A stretch of DNA of 64,000 nucleotides from Patescibacteria group bacterium. GTDB taxonomy: Bacteria; Patescibacteriota; Microgenomatia; UBA10105; UBA927. Both the position numbers and the translations under genes were made by a program. This document shows positions 10,299-21,110 of the stretch, piece after piece. The stretch is taken from positions 147,581 through 211,580 of the forward strand of contig JBMOPU010000012.1 of NCBI GenBank assembly GCA_049322955.1, in the 5' to 3' direction. The first letter of the stretch is position 1. Each line of letters begins with the position of its first letter. A model generated the notes under the pieces. That model was not told the DNA's origin. It made no database searches and saw nothing but the letters and a program-made list of their open reading frames with translations.

Positions 10299-10976
10299 AT
10301 GAAAAAAATACAACAACCATTGTCACCTGCGGTGGACGTTGCGGAGTCCATGTATCGCGTGTGGGGATGGATAGTGCTCGCCTGGGCGTTTTACCGCTAT
10401 TTCTTCCGCCTTCCCGAGTGGGCAGATGAGTTTATCGTAAAACCTGCTATCTTTGCGCTTCCGGTACTTTGGTATGTGGTGAAAAGAGAGAAGCGGGGAT
10501 TGGATTCATTGGGACTTACCGTAACGAATTTATTCACAAGCATTTATATCGGACTCGGATTCGGGTTTGTTTTTGCCGTCGAGGGGTTGGCCGCAAACGC
10601 CATAAAATACGGAAAAATCGAAATCATGCCAATTGCGGCGTTTCGTGAATACGGTCTCGGTATGCTCATCCTGCTTTCCGCGGCGACCGCGATTTCCGAA
10701 GAGCTGTTAAGTCGGGGATTTGTCTTTACCCGGCTTATGGAGGGGAAAAAGAGTCTGTGGTACGCCGCCGTTATTTCCACGCTGATGTTTGTTGTCCTGC
10801 ACATTCCCATCCTCGCGTTCTCACTCAAGCTCGAGGGAATGGCGCTCGTCATGTTTTTCATCACGGATTTCGTTTTGGGGTTTGCGAACAGCCTGCTGTT
10901 GTATAATACAGGCTCACTTGTGGCACCCATTCTTGTTCATATCTTCTGGAACATGACGGTTGCCCTGTACCTCTAG
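10299..10976 (+). CDS. CPBP (CAAX/Abi) family intramembrane metalloprotease
   Basis: 'EELLSRG', 'FVVLH', 'PILVHIFWN' motifs; multiple TMs. Confidence 0.9.
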   Translation: MKKIQQPLSPAVDVAESMYRVWGWIVLAWAFYRYFFRLPEWADEFIVKPAIFALPVLWYVVKREKRGLDSLGLTVTNLFTSIYIGLGFGFVFAVEGLAANAIKYGKIEIMPIAAFREYGLGMLILLSAATAISEELLSRGFVFTRLMEGKKSLWYAAVISTLMFVVLHIPILAFSLKLEGMALVMFFITDFVLGFANSLLLYNTGSLVAPILVHIFWNMTVALYL

Positions 10977-11040
10977 ATTCGTTGCATCGCAACGCCGCAT
11001 TGTTTTCGATGTAACTTCGTATCGAAATATCGATGAACGT

Positions 11041-11796
11041 CTAGGTAGTCAGCCATCCGCCGTCCACATAAAGGGTTGCCCCGGTCGTGTAGGCGGCCTC
11101 CTCCGAGACAAAATACACCACCGCCGCGGCGATTTCCTCGGCAGTACCCATGCGTTTTATGGGAAGTCGCGAAGTGGTTGCTTTGAGTTGTTCATCACTC
11201 ATCCCGGTCGTCATCTCTGTGCTAACCCCTCCCGGACCTATGGCATTTACAGTGATTCCCATCGGCCCCAATTCTTGTGCGAGTGCCTCTGTAAGGCCGA
11301 TAACACCCCCTTTGCTGGCGCAGTAGTGGGAGATTGCAGGGAAACCAACCCCGACGCCTCCAGAGGCGATGGACGCGATATTCACAATACGACCCCATTT
11401 TGTTTTTGCCATCTCTTTGCCTGCGGCCTGTGCGCAGTAAAAGTATCCCTTGAGATTGGTGTCTATGACGTTATCCCATGATTCTTCTTTAAGATCGAGA
11501 AAGGGGGAGTAGTCTAAAACACCCGCGTTATTGACCAGAATATCCAGTTTGCCGAACTCTTTGATCGCGACACTGACCGCGTTATCAACATCCGCCCGTT
11601 TCGTGACATCCATCTGTACGGCAACCGCTTCTTTGCCCCGGGATTTAATTTCAGCAACCAATGCCTGAAGCTTGTCAATGCGTCTAGCCGCGGCAACTAC
11701 TTTGGCACCCTGCAGAGCAAGAGCAATCGCGGTGGCTCTTCCCATGCCGCTTGAGGCACCCGTTACTAAGGCGACTTTTCCGGTGAGATCAAACAT
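11041..11796 (-). CDS. Short-chain dehydrogenase/reductase (FabG-like)
   Basis: TGASSGMG, NNAG, catalytic YCASK, 'VDGG'. Confidence 0.93.
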   Translation of the reverse strand: MFDLTGKVALVTGASSGMGRATAIALALQGAKVVAAARRIDKLQALVAEIKSRGKEAVAVQMDVTKRADVDNAVSVAIKEFGKLDILVNNAGVLDYSPFLDLKEESWDNVIDTNLKGYFYCAQAAGKEMAKTKWGRIVNIASIASGGVGVGFPAISHYCASKGGVIGLTEALAQELGPMGITVNAIGPGGVSTEMTTGMSDEQLKATTSRLPIKRMGTAEEIAAAVVYFVSEEAAYTTGATLYVDGGWLTT

Positions 11797-11808
11797 AGCT
11801 TCCTCCTT

Positions 11809-12258
11809 TTAGTTGGAATGTTTTTCTAACGCGCGGCTCTTAAGAAGAAGGGCAAAAACAACGACCATATTCACCGCGGAAAGCGCACACCAGGTGCAAA
11901 TTCCCTTAATAACCGTCAGCTCGATATAGGTGAACCAGGAAACGAATGCGACTCCGAAGGTCGCTACCCCGAGCATTGCATTGAGAATCCGCGCTTTTTT
12001 CACCGTTGTCCGCACGAAGGCTAGAACGGTAAGGACGGTATAGCCGACGAGTCCTACCGCTGGAACGGGGATGGAACCGAAAAGATAGCTGGCGGGATGT
12101 TTGCGGACCAGTTCACAGCCGCTCGTGACGCACACGATACCGGTTTTTCGAATAAAGCTTTGGAGCACATAAATCGCCATCAGTATACCGATAATCGAAA
12201 GGATGAAAATAATGCGGTTAAGGAACATTACCCGTGCATCAAGAGGTGATTTCTTCAT
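11809..12258 (-). CDS. Vitamin K epoxide reductase (VKOR) family protein
   Basis: Loop cysteines 'CVTSGC', active-site 'CTWC', TM helices; start taken at MKKSP. Confidence 0.88.
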   Translation of the reverse strand: MKKSPLDARVMFLNRIIFILSIIGILMAIYVLQSFIRKTGIVCVTSGCELVRKHPASYLFGSIPVPAVGLVGYTVLTVLAFVRTTVKKARILNAMLGVATFGVAFVSWFTYIELTVIKGICTWCALSAVNMVVVFALLLKSRALEKHSN

Positions 12259-12290
12259 AAAAATAGTATACATGATTTTATCCAAAAAAA

Positions 12291-12306
12291 TGTTATATAT
12301 CTCACA
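12291..12306. promoter_or_regulatory. CRP/FNR-family binding site between divergent VKOR and Crp genes
   Basis: TGTTA-TATATC-TCACA, one mismatch from TGTGA-N6-TCACA; a second half-site TGTGA at 12314. Confidence 0.55.
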
Positions 12307-12345
12307 TACACAATGTGACATGAGGTAATATAATATTTGTGCGAT

Positions 12346-12999
12346 ATGCTGAAAGCCGATCAAAAAGTGACCAAGACCGTTGACGAGTTTTTTTCCCACT
12401 ATCAGGCGATAAGCTACAAAAAGGGAGAATTTATTCTTCGTGCGGAAGATTTACCCTACGGGGTGTATTACCTCAAGAGCGGATATGTCCGCCAGTATCT
12501 TTTATCTCCTTCGGGGGAGACGTTTATGGTGCACATCTATAAACCGGGGTCCTTTTTCCCGCTGACGTGGATCATTAACGATACGCCGAACATCTATCAT
12601 TTTGAGGCGATTACTCCGGTCAGTGTGGTTCGCGGCCCGAAGGATGTATTTGTTAATTTCCTGAAGGAGCATCCTGATGCCCTTTTTTATGCCAGTCAGC
12701 GACTTGCCTCGGGGCTTTCGGGATTTATCAGTAGGGTGGCACAGTTAGTGCTTGATGATGCCTACACAAAAACCGTCCTTTTACTCTTGTATTACGGGGA
12801 AAACTTCGGGGAACAGACGGCTGAGGGAATTACGCTTACGATTCCTCTCACGCATCGGGAAATTGCTTCGTGGATCGGTACGACGAGAGAAACGGCAAGC
12901 CTGCAGGTGGAACATCTCATCAAAAAGGGCATACTCACTACCAAAGGAAGACAGTTGACCATCAAAGACGTTGAAGCCCTTCGTCACGAACTCCATTAA
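12346..12999 (+). CDS. Crp/Fnr family transcriptional regulator
   Basis: cNMP-binding beta-roll ('KKGEFI...VYYLKSGYV'); HTH '[18 protein letters not shown]'. Confidence 0.93.
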   Translation: MLKADQKVTKTVDEFFSHYQAISYKKGEFILRAEDLPYGVYYLKSGYVRQYLLSPSGETFMVHIYKPGSFFPLTWIINDTPNIYHFEAITPVSVVRGPKDVFVNFLKEHPDALFYASQRLASGLSGFISRVAQLVLDDAYTKTVLLLLYYGENFGEQTAEGITLTIPLTHREIASWIGTTRETASLQVEHLIKKGILTTKGRQLTIKDVEALRHELH

Positions 13000-15347
13000 A
13001 TTCGCACCGTTTTGAGTCTCAGGGAATTTCCCACAACCGATATACTGCTCGCCGCCATGGCAAATGCCGCCAGCCCCGGATTTAACAGGAGCCCCGTGAA
13101 CGGGTATAGTCCTCCCGCCGCGACGGGAATAAGCACCACGTTGTAGGCAAACGCCCAAAAAAGATTTTGCTTAATGATACGCATGGTTTTTTTCGCCAAG
13201 CGGATCGCCTGGGGGAGTTTTAGTATGTTTCCTCCCAGAAGCGTAACGCCTGCGGATTCGATGGCGACATCAGTTCCCGTGCCCATAGCAATTCCCACAT
13301 CTGCTCGGGCAAGTGCGGGTGCATCGTTAATGCCGTCGCCGACCATAGCAACCCGTTTCCCTTGTTTTTGTAATCTGATAATTTCACTTGCCTTATCCTG
13401 GGGGAGCACTTCGGCTATGACCTCATCGATACCGATTTGTTCTGCGATATGGCGCGCCGTTTTTTCCGCATCTCCCGTGAGCATGACGACCGAAAGCTTC
13501 ATCCGGTGGAGGAATGAGACCACCTCTTTTGCCGAGCTTTTTATCGTGTCGGCGATCCCCAGATACCCGAGAATTTCTTCTTTTGTCATAAGAATGATCG
13601 GCGTTTTACCTTGTGCTGAAAAGCGTTCGATCACCGCATGATCCGGGGCAAGTGCCAAGTCGGCGGCAAGTTTTGCATTTCCAGCAAAATAGACCGTTTT
13701 GCCGATTATTCCCGTCAGCCCTTTGCCGGGAAGCGTACGGAATCCCTTCACTCCTTTGAGGTCAAGTTTTTGTGTTTCTGCCTTTTTCGTAATTGCCAGA
13801 GCAAGCGGATGTTCGGAATGGTGTTCCAGCGATGCGAGTACTTGGAGAAGCCGTGTCGCGCTGAGGGTTCCCGATGGTTCGATATCGGTTACTTCCGGTT
13901 TGCCGTTGGTGAGCGTTCCCGTTTTATCGAGCACTACGGTGGTAACACCACTCAATTTTTCGAGAGATTCGGCATTCTTAATAAGGACGCCGTGTTGTGC
14001 CGCTTTTCCGACGCCGACGATAACCGCCGTGGGGGTGGCAAGCCCCATTGCACAGGGGCAGGCGATAACGAGAATGCCGACAAACGCGAGGAGCCCTATG
14101 GACACCGTCGATGCGGAGGGCATAAAGAGCGGGGCCACCAATAGCCATCCGATAAGGGCAATACCGGCAATAATGAGGACTGCAGGTACAAATACCGCCG
14201 ACACCGCGTCGGCAAGTCGCTCAATTGGTGCTTTGGATCCTTGTGCGTCCCGTACCATCTGAATAATTTGTGAAAGCATGGTTTCGTTCCCAACCTTCGT
14301 CGCCCGCGCTTCGATTGCTCCATAGGTATTCATCGTGGCGCCGACTACCGTATCGCCGGGTTTTTTATCAACGGGAAGCGGTTCTCCGGTAATCATGGAC
14401 TCGTCAATCGCAGTCAGCCCTTTGGTGATTACCGAGTCAACGGGAATTTTCTGTCCCGGTTTAATAACGAGAATATCGCCGACGACAACGTCAGTGATAG
14501 GAATTTCAATCTGCCGTCCGGATCGTACGACGGTGGCATTTTTCGCCTGAAGCCCGATAAGTTTTTCAATAGCTTCGCCGGTTTGCAGTTTTGATCGATT
14601 TTCAAGATATTTGCCCAGCGTAATAAAACCGATAACCACGATAGTCACGTCAAAATAGGTGCCCTCGGGTAACGACAGTGCTGATCGGAGACCCGGGAAC
14701 AGTAACACCGCGCTACTGTAAATATACGCCGTAAGGGTGCCGATACCGACCAGAGCATCCATATTGGCGACGCGAAATTCAATAAAGCGGCCTACTGCGG
14801 AAATATACTGCCGTCCGATCCAAAAAAGAATAACACTTGCGAAGAGAAAGAGTATCGGGGTAAAAACCTCCATGGGAATAGGGAATGGCGGAATCGGGAA
14901 GGCTAACTCTGCGATATCCCATACCATAACAAGAAATACCAACAATGCGAGCGGGAGAGAAAATGCGGTTTTGGAAGCAAGTGATGCAAGTTCATCTAAC
15001 TTTTTTTGTTTGCTGTCTGTAAGCCCGAGATGTTCGCGATGATCCTCGTGAGACGGGTGAAATGTTTCATGCTTCTCCTCTCGTGTCATTACCGGTTCAC
15101 TATGGTGATGCGTTCCAGCATCATTTTGGGGAACGAGCGTGTATCCCAGCGGTGACAGACTGGTGTTCATCGCATCAATCGTGGCGGTATCCGAATCATA
15201 GGTAACTTTGGCCGACTCCGCTCCATAACTCACCTCGGCTTCACTCACCCCGGGAAGTTTAGTGAGTCGCCGTTTAATCAGTTGACTGCAACTGGCGCAA
15301 TGCATGCCTTCAACCGAGAATTTTGTCGTTACGGTAGTTGATACCAT
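12996..15347 (-). CDS. copA: Cu(I)-translocating P1B-type ATPase
   Basis: HMA 'GMHCASC', His-rich linker, TGEP, CPC, DKTGT, GDGIND, YN and MAASS. Confidence 0.95.
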   Translation of the reverse strand: MVSTTVTTKFSVEGMHCASCSQLIKRRLTKLPGVSEAEVSYGAESAKVTYDSDTATIDAMNTSLSPLGYTLVPQNDAGTHHHSEPVMTREEKHETFHPSHEDHREHLGLTDSKQKKLDELASLASKTAFSLPLALLVFLVMVWDIAELAFPIPPFPIPMEVFTPILFLFASVILFWIGRQYISAVGRFIEFRVANMDALVGIGTLTAYIYSSAVLLFPGLRSALSLPEGTYFDVTIVVIGFITLGKYLENRSKLQTGEAIEKLIGLQAKNATVVRSGRQIEIPITDVVVGDILVIKPGQKIPVDSVITKGLTAIDESMITGEPLPVDKKPGDTVVGATMNTYGAIEARATKVGNETMLSQIIQMVRDAQGSKAPIERLADAVSAVFVPAVLIIAGIALIGWLLVAPLFMPSASTVSIGLLAFVGILVIACPCAMGLATPTAVIVGVGKAAQHGVLIKNAESLEKLSGVTTVVLDKTGTLTNGKPEVTDIEPSGTLSATRLLQVLASLEHHSEHPLALAITKKAETQKLDLKGVKGFRTLPGKGLTGIIGKTVYFAGNAKLAADLALAPDHAVIERFSAQGKTPIILMTKEEILGYLGIADTIKSSAKEVVSFLHRMKLSVVMLTGDAEKTARHIAEQIGIDEVIAEVLPQDKASEIIRLQKQGKRVAMVGDGINDAPALARADVGIAMGTGTDVAIESAGVTLLGGNILKLPQAIRLAKKTMRIIKQNLFWAFAYNVVLIPVAAGGLYPFTGLLLNPGLAAFAMAASSISVVGNSLRLKTVRI

Positions 15348-15892
15348 GTGGTCCTCCAGTTTTTGAGCGTTGCCGTACTGTCGGTAAGAAATAATTCCAC
15401 CGCGTCGGCGTTGTTTAATACATCCTTATTTGACGACTTCATCCGTATTTCAGACGTCATCGCAATACCTGCTTCATGATGTGCAATAAGGGCGTTGAGC
15501 AGTCGCAGGTCAAATTTCTCATCGTAGGTGGCGAGATTCGGGATAGCGGGGTCTGTTACTCTTCGTGTATCGTTATACCACGCCCGTTTCCATGAATACA
15601 GCTCGTCAATGAGTTTCGGTTCGTTGTCCAGAATGGCTATCGATAATCCATGGATTTCCGGCCGCTTGCTTTCTTTTTTGGCCACCTCCGCAAGCAACAT
15701 CGCTCCGCGGTGATGGCGAATCATGGCGTTTATATACCGAAGATCCACCCACCGGTCGGGAGTACCAAGTCCCATTGTCTGCTCGCTCTCCATCGTTGCG
15801 GGGTAGGGAGGGGAAGATGCAAAACCGATTCCCATGCCAATAACCAGAGCAACAAGGATGAGTGCAACGCTTAGTGGATACGAAAGTTTCAT
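15329..15892 (-). CDS. DUF305 (CopM-like) copper-binding protein
   Basis: Repeated '[12 protein letters not shown]' / '[12 protein letters not shown]'; N-terminal TM. Confidence 0.85.
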   Translation of the reverse strand: MKLSYPLSVALILVALVIGMGIGFASSPPYPATMESEQTMGLGTPDRWVDLRYINAMIRHHRGAMLLAEVAKKESKRPEIHGLSIAILDNEPKLIDELYSWKRAWYNDTRRVTDPAIPNLATYDEKFDLRLLNALIAHHEAGIAMTSEIRMKSSNKDVLNNADAVELFLTDSTATLKNWRTTWYQLP

Positions 15893-15904
15893 ATACCTCC
15901 TTTA

Positions 15905-16189
15905 TTAACTTCTTCTTTTTTCCATAATCTTCATGACTTCATCGATGACTTCCTTCGAGTTGCCTTTTTTTATTTCGTCCGCAACACAGGTAACCATGTG
16001 GTTTTTCAGAATTTCCTGATCAGTGCTTCGTAATGCCGCCTGAACGGCAAGTGATTGGTTGATCACGTCAACGCAGTAGTTGCCGTCCTCAACCATGGCG
16101 ATGACACGATCCAGATGACCGCGGGCGATCTTCATGCGGTGGATAATGCGTTGCTGTACGGATTGATTTCGGGGTATTCCTTTTGGCAT
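15905..16189 (-). CDS. csoR: Copper-sensing repressor CsoR/RcnR family
   Basis: 'RMKIARGHL...YCVDVINQSLAV..AL...HMVTCV' (Cys, His, Cys ligands). Confidence 0.9.
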   Translation of the reverse strand: MPKGIPRNQSVQQRIIHRMKIARGHLDRVIAMVEDGNYCVDVINQSLAVQAALRSTDQEILKNHMVTCVADEIKKGNSKEVIDEVMKIMEKRRS

Positions 16190-16219
16190 ACTTCCTCCTG
16201 AGTAAGTAAAATAAGTCTC

Positions 16220-16250
16220 TTGACTTTTATCCCCCCAGTGGGGATATAAT
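16220..16250 (+). promoter_or_regulatory. CsoR-type operator TATCCCC-N5-GGGGATA (16228-16246) overlapping a TTGACT...TATAAT promoter
   Basis: Perfect 7-bp inverted repeat with C/G tracts between divergent copper operons. Confidence 0.75.
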
Positions 16251-16293
16251 CATCCTACCATGTTTTGACACACTGTCAAGACTCAGAAACAAT

Positions 16294-17301
16294 ATGCCGA
16301 ATCTTTGGATCATATTTACCACGGGATTGTTTGCAGGAGGGCTCACCTGTATGGCAGTACAGGGAGGGATCCTCACCACGGCCCTCACGAGGGAGGAAGA
16401 GGAGTATCCCCGCGTTTCGCGCGGCATGGGAGTTGCCGTATTTTTAATTGCCAAACTTATTTCTCATGCGCTTCTCGGCGCACTATTGGGATACATGGGA
16501 TCACTTATCGGATTAACACCGAGGGTGCAGGCGGTGGGTATCGCGTTGGCGTCACTTTTTATGGCGGGAACCGCGCTATCGTTTCTTGATGTTCATCCCA
16601 TTTTCCGCTACTTCGTTATCCAACCCCCGCGTTTTCTGACCCGGTTTATCCGGGGGAGGGCAAAAGCGGGCGGCTTATTTGCGCCGGCAGTCATCGGGTT
16701 ATTTTCCATATTTATACCCTGCGGTACCACCCAGGCTATGATGGCCCTTGCCGCCGGCACCGGGAGCCCCTGGTGGGGGATGGCAACCCTTGCGGTTTTT
16801 GTGTTGGGTACGGCGCCATTATTCTTTTTACTCGGTCTTTCCATTGATGTGATAAAAGCGACATTGAAAGATAAATTTGGCGTGGTAGCCGCGACACTCG
16901 TCCTCATCCTTGCAGTGGTGAATTTCAACGCCGCGCTACGTTTATATGGATCGCCGATAACGATAACATCGGCACTCCGCAGCATGTTCTGTACGGTCAC
17001 GTTTTGTACGACCAATCCTGCAACAATGGAGCCGACCACAACTCCGGTTATTACATTTTGGCTCAACGGGTATAAAACGGATAACCCGGTTATTCCCAAA
17101 GGAGAAACGATCACGCTTACCCTCGTCAATAAAAGCGGGAGCGGTTGCGTGCAGGCATTCACCATTCCCGCTTTGGGACTTTCTGAAATCGTGCCGGTGG
17201 GACAGGAGAAGACACTGACGTTTCAGGCGCCACTGGAAGGGGATGAGTTGGCATACAGTTGCAGTATGGGTATGTATGGTGGTACGTTTTATCTCAAATG
17301 A
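16294..17301 (+). CDS. DsbD_2/TauE-SafE-like membrane protein with C-terminal cupredoxin domain
   Basis: 'GGLTCMAVQGG', 'IPCG', 'FVLGTAP'; C-terminal 'GSGC...YSCSMGMYGG'. Confidence 0.85.
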   Translation: MPNLWIIFTTGLFAGGLTCMAVQGGILTTALTREEEEYPRVSRGMGVAVFLIAKLISHALLGALLGYMGSLIGLTPRVQAVGIALASLFMAGTALSFLDVHPIFRYFVIQPPRFLTRFIRGRAKAGGLFAPAVIGLFSIFIPCGTTQAMMALAAGTGSPWWGMATLAVFVLGTAPLFFLLGLSIDVIKATLKDKFGVVAATLVLILAVVNFNAALRLYGSPITITSALRSMFCTVTFCTTNPATMEPTTTPVITFWLNGYKTDNPVIPKGETITLTLVNKSGSGCVQAFTIPALGLSEIVPVGQEKTLTFQAPLEGDELAYSCSMGMYGGTFYLK

Positions 17302-17504
17302 AAACCACAAAAACCTATCAGATAGCGGGTATGCATTGTGCAAGTTGTGCGATGCTTATCGAGGGAGAGCTTGAAGACCGGGGAATAATTGGGCGTTGCA
17401 GTTTTGCAAAACAAACCCTTGAAGTTGATACCGAGGACGCAGAAGCCGTGGATATGACGGTGGAAGATGCCGTAACAGCGGCGGGATATCGAGTAGAAAA
17501 ATAA
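17298..17504 (+). CDS. copZ: Heavy-metal-associated (CopZ-like) chaperone
   Basis: 'IAGMHCASCAMLIEGEL...AGYRV'; ATGA overlap with the upstream gene. Confidence 0.85.
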   Translation: MKTTKTYQIAGMHCASCAMLIEGELEDRGIIGRCSFAKQTLEVDTEDAEAVDMTVEDAVTAAGYRVEK

Positions 17505-17630
17505 AGTAAAAGTCCGCACCCCCTCGCCAAAAAGCCTGCTGATACGGGAAATAATCATCGGGGTTTACAGAAAAACATTGGGTGTTATACTGAGAATCCG
17601 AAATAATGGTTTATACAAAGGAGGAAACTT

Positions 17631-17948
17631 ATGACAGACGTAACCGACCAATCATTTGATGCGGAAGTATTACAATCACCGGTTCCGGTACTTGTGGATT
17701 TTTGGGCAGTTTGGTGCGGGCCTTGTCAGGTACAGGGACCCATTGTGGAAGAAGTCGCCACCGCCATGGGGGAAAAAGCAAAGGTGGTAAAACTCAATGT
17801 CGACGAAAATCCCACCAATGCACAAAAATACGGGATTATGAGTATCCCGACTCTCATGATTTATAAGAACGGCAACGTGGTAAAACAATTTATCGGCGTG
17901 ACGAGTAAAGAGACCTTGGTACAAGAACTCACTCACCAGGCGAGTTAA
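17631..17948 (+). CDS. trxA: Thioredoxin
   Basis: 'VDFWAVWCGPC', 'SIPT'; RBS AGGAGG. Confidence 0.96.
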   Translation: MTDVTDQSFDAEVLQSPVPVLVDFWAVWCGPCQVQGPIVEEVATAMGEKAKVVKLNVDENPTNAQKYGIMSIPTLMIYKNGNVVKQFIGVTSKETLVQELTHQAS

Positions 17949-17961
17949 TGGTTACGGGCAA

Positions 17962-18909
17962 ATGGCAGACACACTCTATGACGTCGCTATCGTAGGTTCG
18001 GGGCCCGCTGGATATACCGCGGCGCTTTATGCTTCCCGTGCGTTCTTAAAGACGCTTGTGCTTTCCGGTATGCAACCCGGCGGGCAACTGACTACCACGA
18101 CGGAAGTGGATAACTTTCCCGGTTTTCCCCAAGGTATTCTCGGGCCGACGCTTGTCGGCGATATGAAAAAGCAGGCGGAGCGATTTGGTGCCGAAGTGCA
18201 ACAGGAAATGGTAACCTCAATTGCCAAGGGAGATGTTTTTACCCTTGCGGTCGGTGACAAGAAGTATCAGGCTAAAACGGTTATTATCGCCACGGGGGCC
18301 TCCGCAATGTATTTGGGACTTCCGAGTGAAGAGAAGCTCAAAGGGAAAGGGGTTTCCGGGTGTGCCACCTGTGACGGATTCTTTTTCCGCGGCAAGGTGG
18401 TGGTCGTCGTCGGTGGGGGAGACACCGCCATGGAAGAAGCAACATTTCTGACGAAGTTTTGCCCGAAAGTGACCGTAATTCACCGTCGCGAGGAATTCCG
18501 CGCCTCGGCGATTATGCTTGATCGCGCAAAAAAAGATCCCCGGATTGCCTTTTTGACCAATAAGGTGATTGAAGAGATATTGGGAGAGACGGAAGTGACC
18601 GGCATCCGACTCCGCGATACCAAGACCAACGAGGTTATCGACTACCCGACGCAGGGAGTATTTCTGGCAATTGGTCACAAACCGAGCACCGCTTTTTTAA
18701 CCGGACTTGTTGACCTTGATGCAAAAGGCTATGTCAAAGTAGTGAGATCGCTTTCTCCGTTAGATCCCCAAACTGCCACCAATGTACCCGGCATATTTGC
18801 CGCGGGCGATTGTGTTGATCCCCGGTATCGACAGGCGATCGTTGCCGCGGGACAGGGGTGTATGGCCGCAATGGATGCGGAAAAATATCTTGAAGGGTTA
18901 CATCGTTAA
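17962..18909 (+). CDS. trxB: Thioredoxin-disulfide reductase
   Basis: GSGPAG, GGQL, CATCDG, GGGDTAMEEA, HRR, AAGD. Confidence 0.96.
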   Translation: MADTLYDVAIVGSGPAGYTAALYASRAFLKTLVLSGMQPGGQLTTTTEVDNFPGFPQGILGPTLVGDMKKQAERFGAEVQQEMVTSIAKGDVFTLAVGDKKYQAKTVIIATGASAMYLGLPSEEKLKGKGVSGCATCDGFFFRGKVVVVVGGGDTAMEEATFLTKFCPKVTVIHRREEFRASAIMLDRAKKDPRIAFLTNKVIEEILGETEVTGIRLRDTKTNEVIDYPTQGVFLAIGHKPSTAFLTGLVDLDAKGYVKVVRSLSPLDPQTATNVPGIFAAGDCVDPRYRQAIVAAGQGCMAAMDAEKYLEGLHR

Positions 18910-18935
18910 TTCGTTACAACGTCACATCGCACGGT

Positions 18936-19634
18936 ATGGCACAAAAGATCCAGCTGGAAGTTTCAAGAAAAGAACAGGTGACGGAGAAAGTGTATTTCAT
19001 CACCTTCCGTCTTGTTTCCCCGTCATCGCTTTCATTCCGGGCGGGACAAAATATGATGCTTATGATTGCCCCCGGTGTCAATCGTACGATGTCCATCGCA
19101 AGTCCTCCTTCGTCAGCTGATCATCTCCTTATGGTGCATGATGTAAGCCCCATGGGACCGGGATCGCAATGGACGGTGGGACTCAAGGTGGGGGATCACG
19201 CAACGATTGTCGCGCCGACGGGAGGGATTTTATCATTCCTTGATACTCCAAAGCGCAAGGTGATGGTGGCAACCGGAACCGGCATAGCGCCGTTTCATGC
19301 CATGATAGTTGACGCGGTCGAAAAAAAAAGTACCGTTCCTATGATGCTGTACTGGGGTCAGCGGTATGAACATGATGTATATTGGAAAGAAGAATTTGAT
19401 CGCATTGCCGATGAAGTGCCCACCTTTGCCTGGCAACAAATACTTTCCCGTCCGACGCCGGCGTGGCAGGGGCTAACCGGACACGTTACCGAACATATGC
19501 TTTTGCAGGAAAAAAACCTTATTGAGTCCGAATTTTATATCTGCGGAAATAAAGCGATGACCGAAGAGGTGAAAGCAACGCTTTTGGATCATAATGTGCC
19601 GAAAGAGCAAATCAAAACGGAGCTTTTTTATTAA
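18936..19634 (+). CDS. FAD/NAD(P)-binding oxidoreductase (ferredoxin-NADP reductase superfamily)
   Basis: 'RTMSIAS', 'GPGS', 'ATGTGIAPF', 'YICG'. Confidence 0.88.
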   Translation: MAQKIQLEVSRKEQVTEKVYFITFRLVSPSSLSFRAGQNMMLMIAPGVNRTMSIASPPSSADHLLMVHDVSPMGPGSQWTVGLKVGDHATIVAPTGGILSFLDTPKRKVMVATGTGIAPFHAMIVDAVEKKSTVPMMLYWGQRYEHDVYWKEEFDRIADEVPTFAWQQILSRPTPAWQGLTGHVTEHMLLQEKNLIESEFYICGNKAMTEEVKATLLDHNVPKEQIKTELFY

Positions 19635-19675
19635 TATAAATACAAATAGTGAGTACTTTTTATAGAGGAGGCAAT

Positions 19676-20995
19676 ATGCAACAAAATAACCCGTTTGACA
19701 ATGCGATGCAACAACTCGGTAAGGCGCACGCCGTTCTTGCATCTTCAAAAAAGAAAATAAAAAATATCGATCAGAAAGTAGCGGTATTAAAAGAGCCTCA
19801 ACGAATCGTCAACGTGACCCTTCCCGTCACCATGGATAACGGGGAACAGAAAATATTTCAGGGGTATCGGGTGCAGTTTAATAATGCCAGGGGTCCCTAC
19901 AAGGGGGGGATTCGGTATCACCATAACGTCAGCCTTGATGAAGTGAAAGCGTTGTCTTTTTGGATGGCGATGAAATGTGCCGTGGCAGATCTCCCGCTCG
20001 GAGGAGGAAAGGGAGGCATCATCGTCGATCCGAAAGCGCTGTCACAGGACGAACTGGAACGGTTGAGTCGTGCCTACGGTAAGGCGATAGCTGATCTCAT
20101 CGGTCCCGAGACGGACGTACCTGCTCCCGACGTCAATACCAACGGCGTGATTATGGGGTGGATGGTAGATGAATACGTCAAGGCACAAATGAAGAAAGCA
20201 AAACTTTTCGGCGCTACAATATCAGCAAAAAATGCAAAACGATTAAAAGGAACATTTACGGGAAAAGCGATAGCAGACGGGGGGAGCGAAGGACGTGAAG
20301 AGGCAACAGGGCTGGGCGGCTTATTCGTTCTGCAGGCGATTATTAAAAAGCTTAAACTTTCCGGCACCCTCACTGCCGCTGTACAGGGATTCGGGAATGT
20401 CGGTTACAATGTGGCCAAGTTTTTAGATGAAGCGGGAATTCGGGTAGTTGCCGTATCCGACAGTAAAGGCGGCATTTATGTTCCCGAGGGGATAAATCCG
20501 GCGCTCACCCTCGAGTGTAAGAAGAAAAACGGATACCTTGCCGGTTGTTACTGTTCGGGATCGGTATGCGATCTCAAGAAAGGTAAACAACTGACCAATG
20601 ATGCGTTGCTTGAGCTTCCCGTTGATATTTTGGTGCCTGCCGCACTCGAAAACGCCATAACAGGGAAGAATGCGGGCAAGATCAAAGCAAAAGTTGTGCT
20701 TGAAATGGCGAACGGCCCCACGACGCCGGAAGCGGATACCGTGCTCTATAAGAAGGGTATTCCCGTTATACCCGACATATTAAGCAATAGCGGCGGCGTT
20801 ACCGTTTCCGCCTTTGAGTGGGAGCAGAACCTCAAAGGGCAACATTGGACGAAAGCCCAGGTAAATAAGAAGCTCGCAGGAAAAATGGCGTCAGCCGCCG
20901 AAGCGGTATGGCAGGCATCCGTGACTCATAAAACCGACTTGCGAACCGCGGCATTTGTGGTTGCGTTGGAGCGCATTTTAGCTTCAATGGAGTAA
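19676..20995 (+). CDS. gdhA: Glu/Leu/Phe/Val dehydrogenase (glutamate dehydrogenase)
   Basis: 'GPYKGGIR', 'GGGKGG', 'DVPAPD', 'QGFGNVG', 'EMANGP', 'NSGGV'. Confidence 0.93.
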   Translation: MQQNNPFDNAMQQLGKAHAVLASSKKKIKNIDQKVAVLKEPQRIVNVTLPVTMDNGEQKIFQGYRVQFNNARGPYKGGIRYHHNVSLDEVKALSFWMAMKCAVADLPLGGGKGGIIVDPKALSQDELERLSRAYGKAIADLIGPETDVPAPDVNTNGVIMGWMVDEYVKAQMKKAKLFGATISAKNAKRLKGTFTGKAIADGGSEGREEATGLGGLFVLQAIIKKLKLSGTLTAAVQGFGNVGYNVAKFLDEAGIRVVAVSDSKGGIYVPEGINPALTLECKKKNGYLAGCYCSGSVCDLKKGKQLTNDALLELPVDILVPAALENAITGKNAGKIKAKVVLEMANGPTTPEADTVLYKKGIPVIPDILSNSGGVTVSAFEWEQNLKGQHWTKAQVNKKLAGKMASAAEAVWQASVTHKTDLRTAAFVVALERILASME

Positions 20996-21110
20996 CGACG
21001 ATTTGATCCTATAGGACATATTGGTGTACTATATGCCCATATAGTTGACAATGGGGAGTCGTCACCCATACTATGGGAATATTGACACTGCCTGATCGAA
21101 AGGGAGGAAT

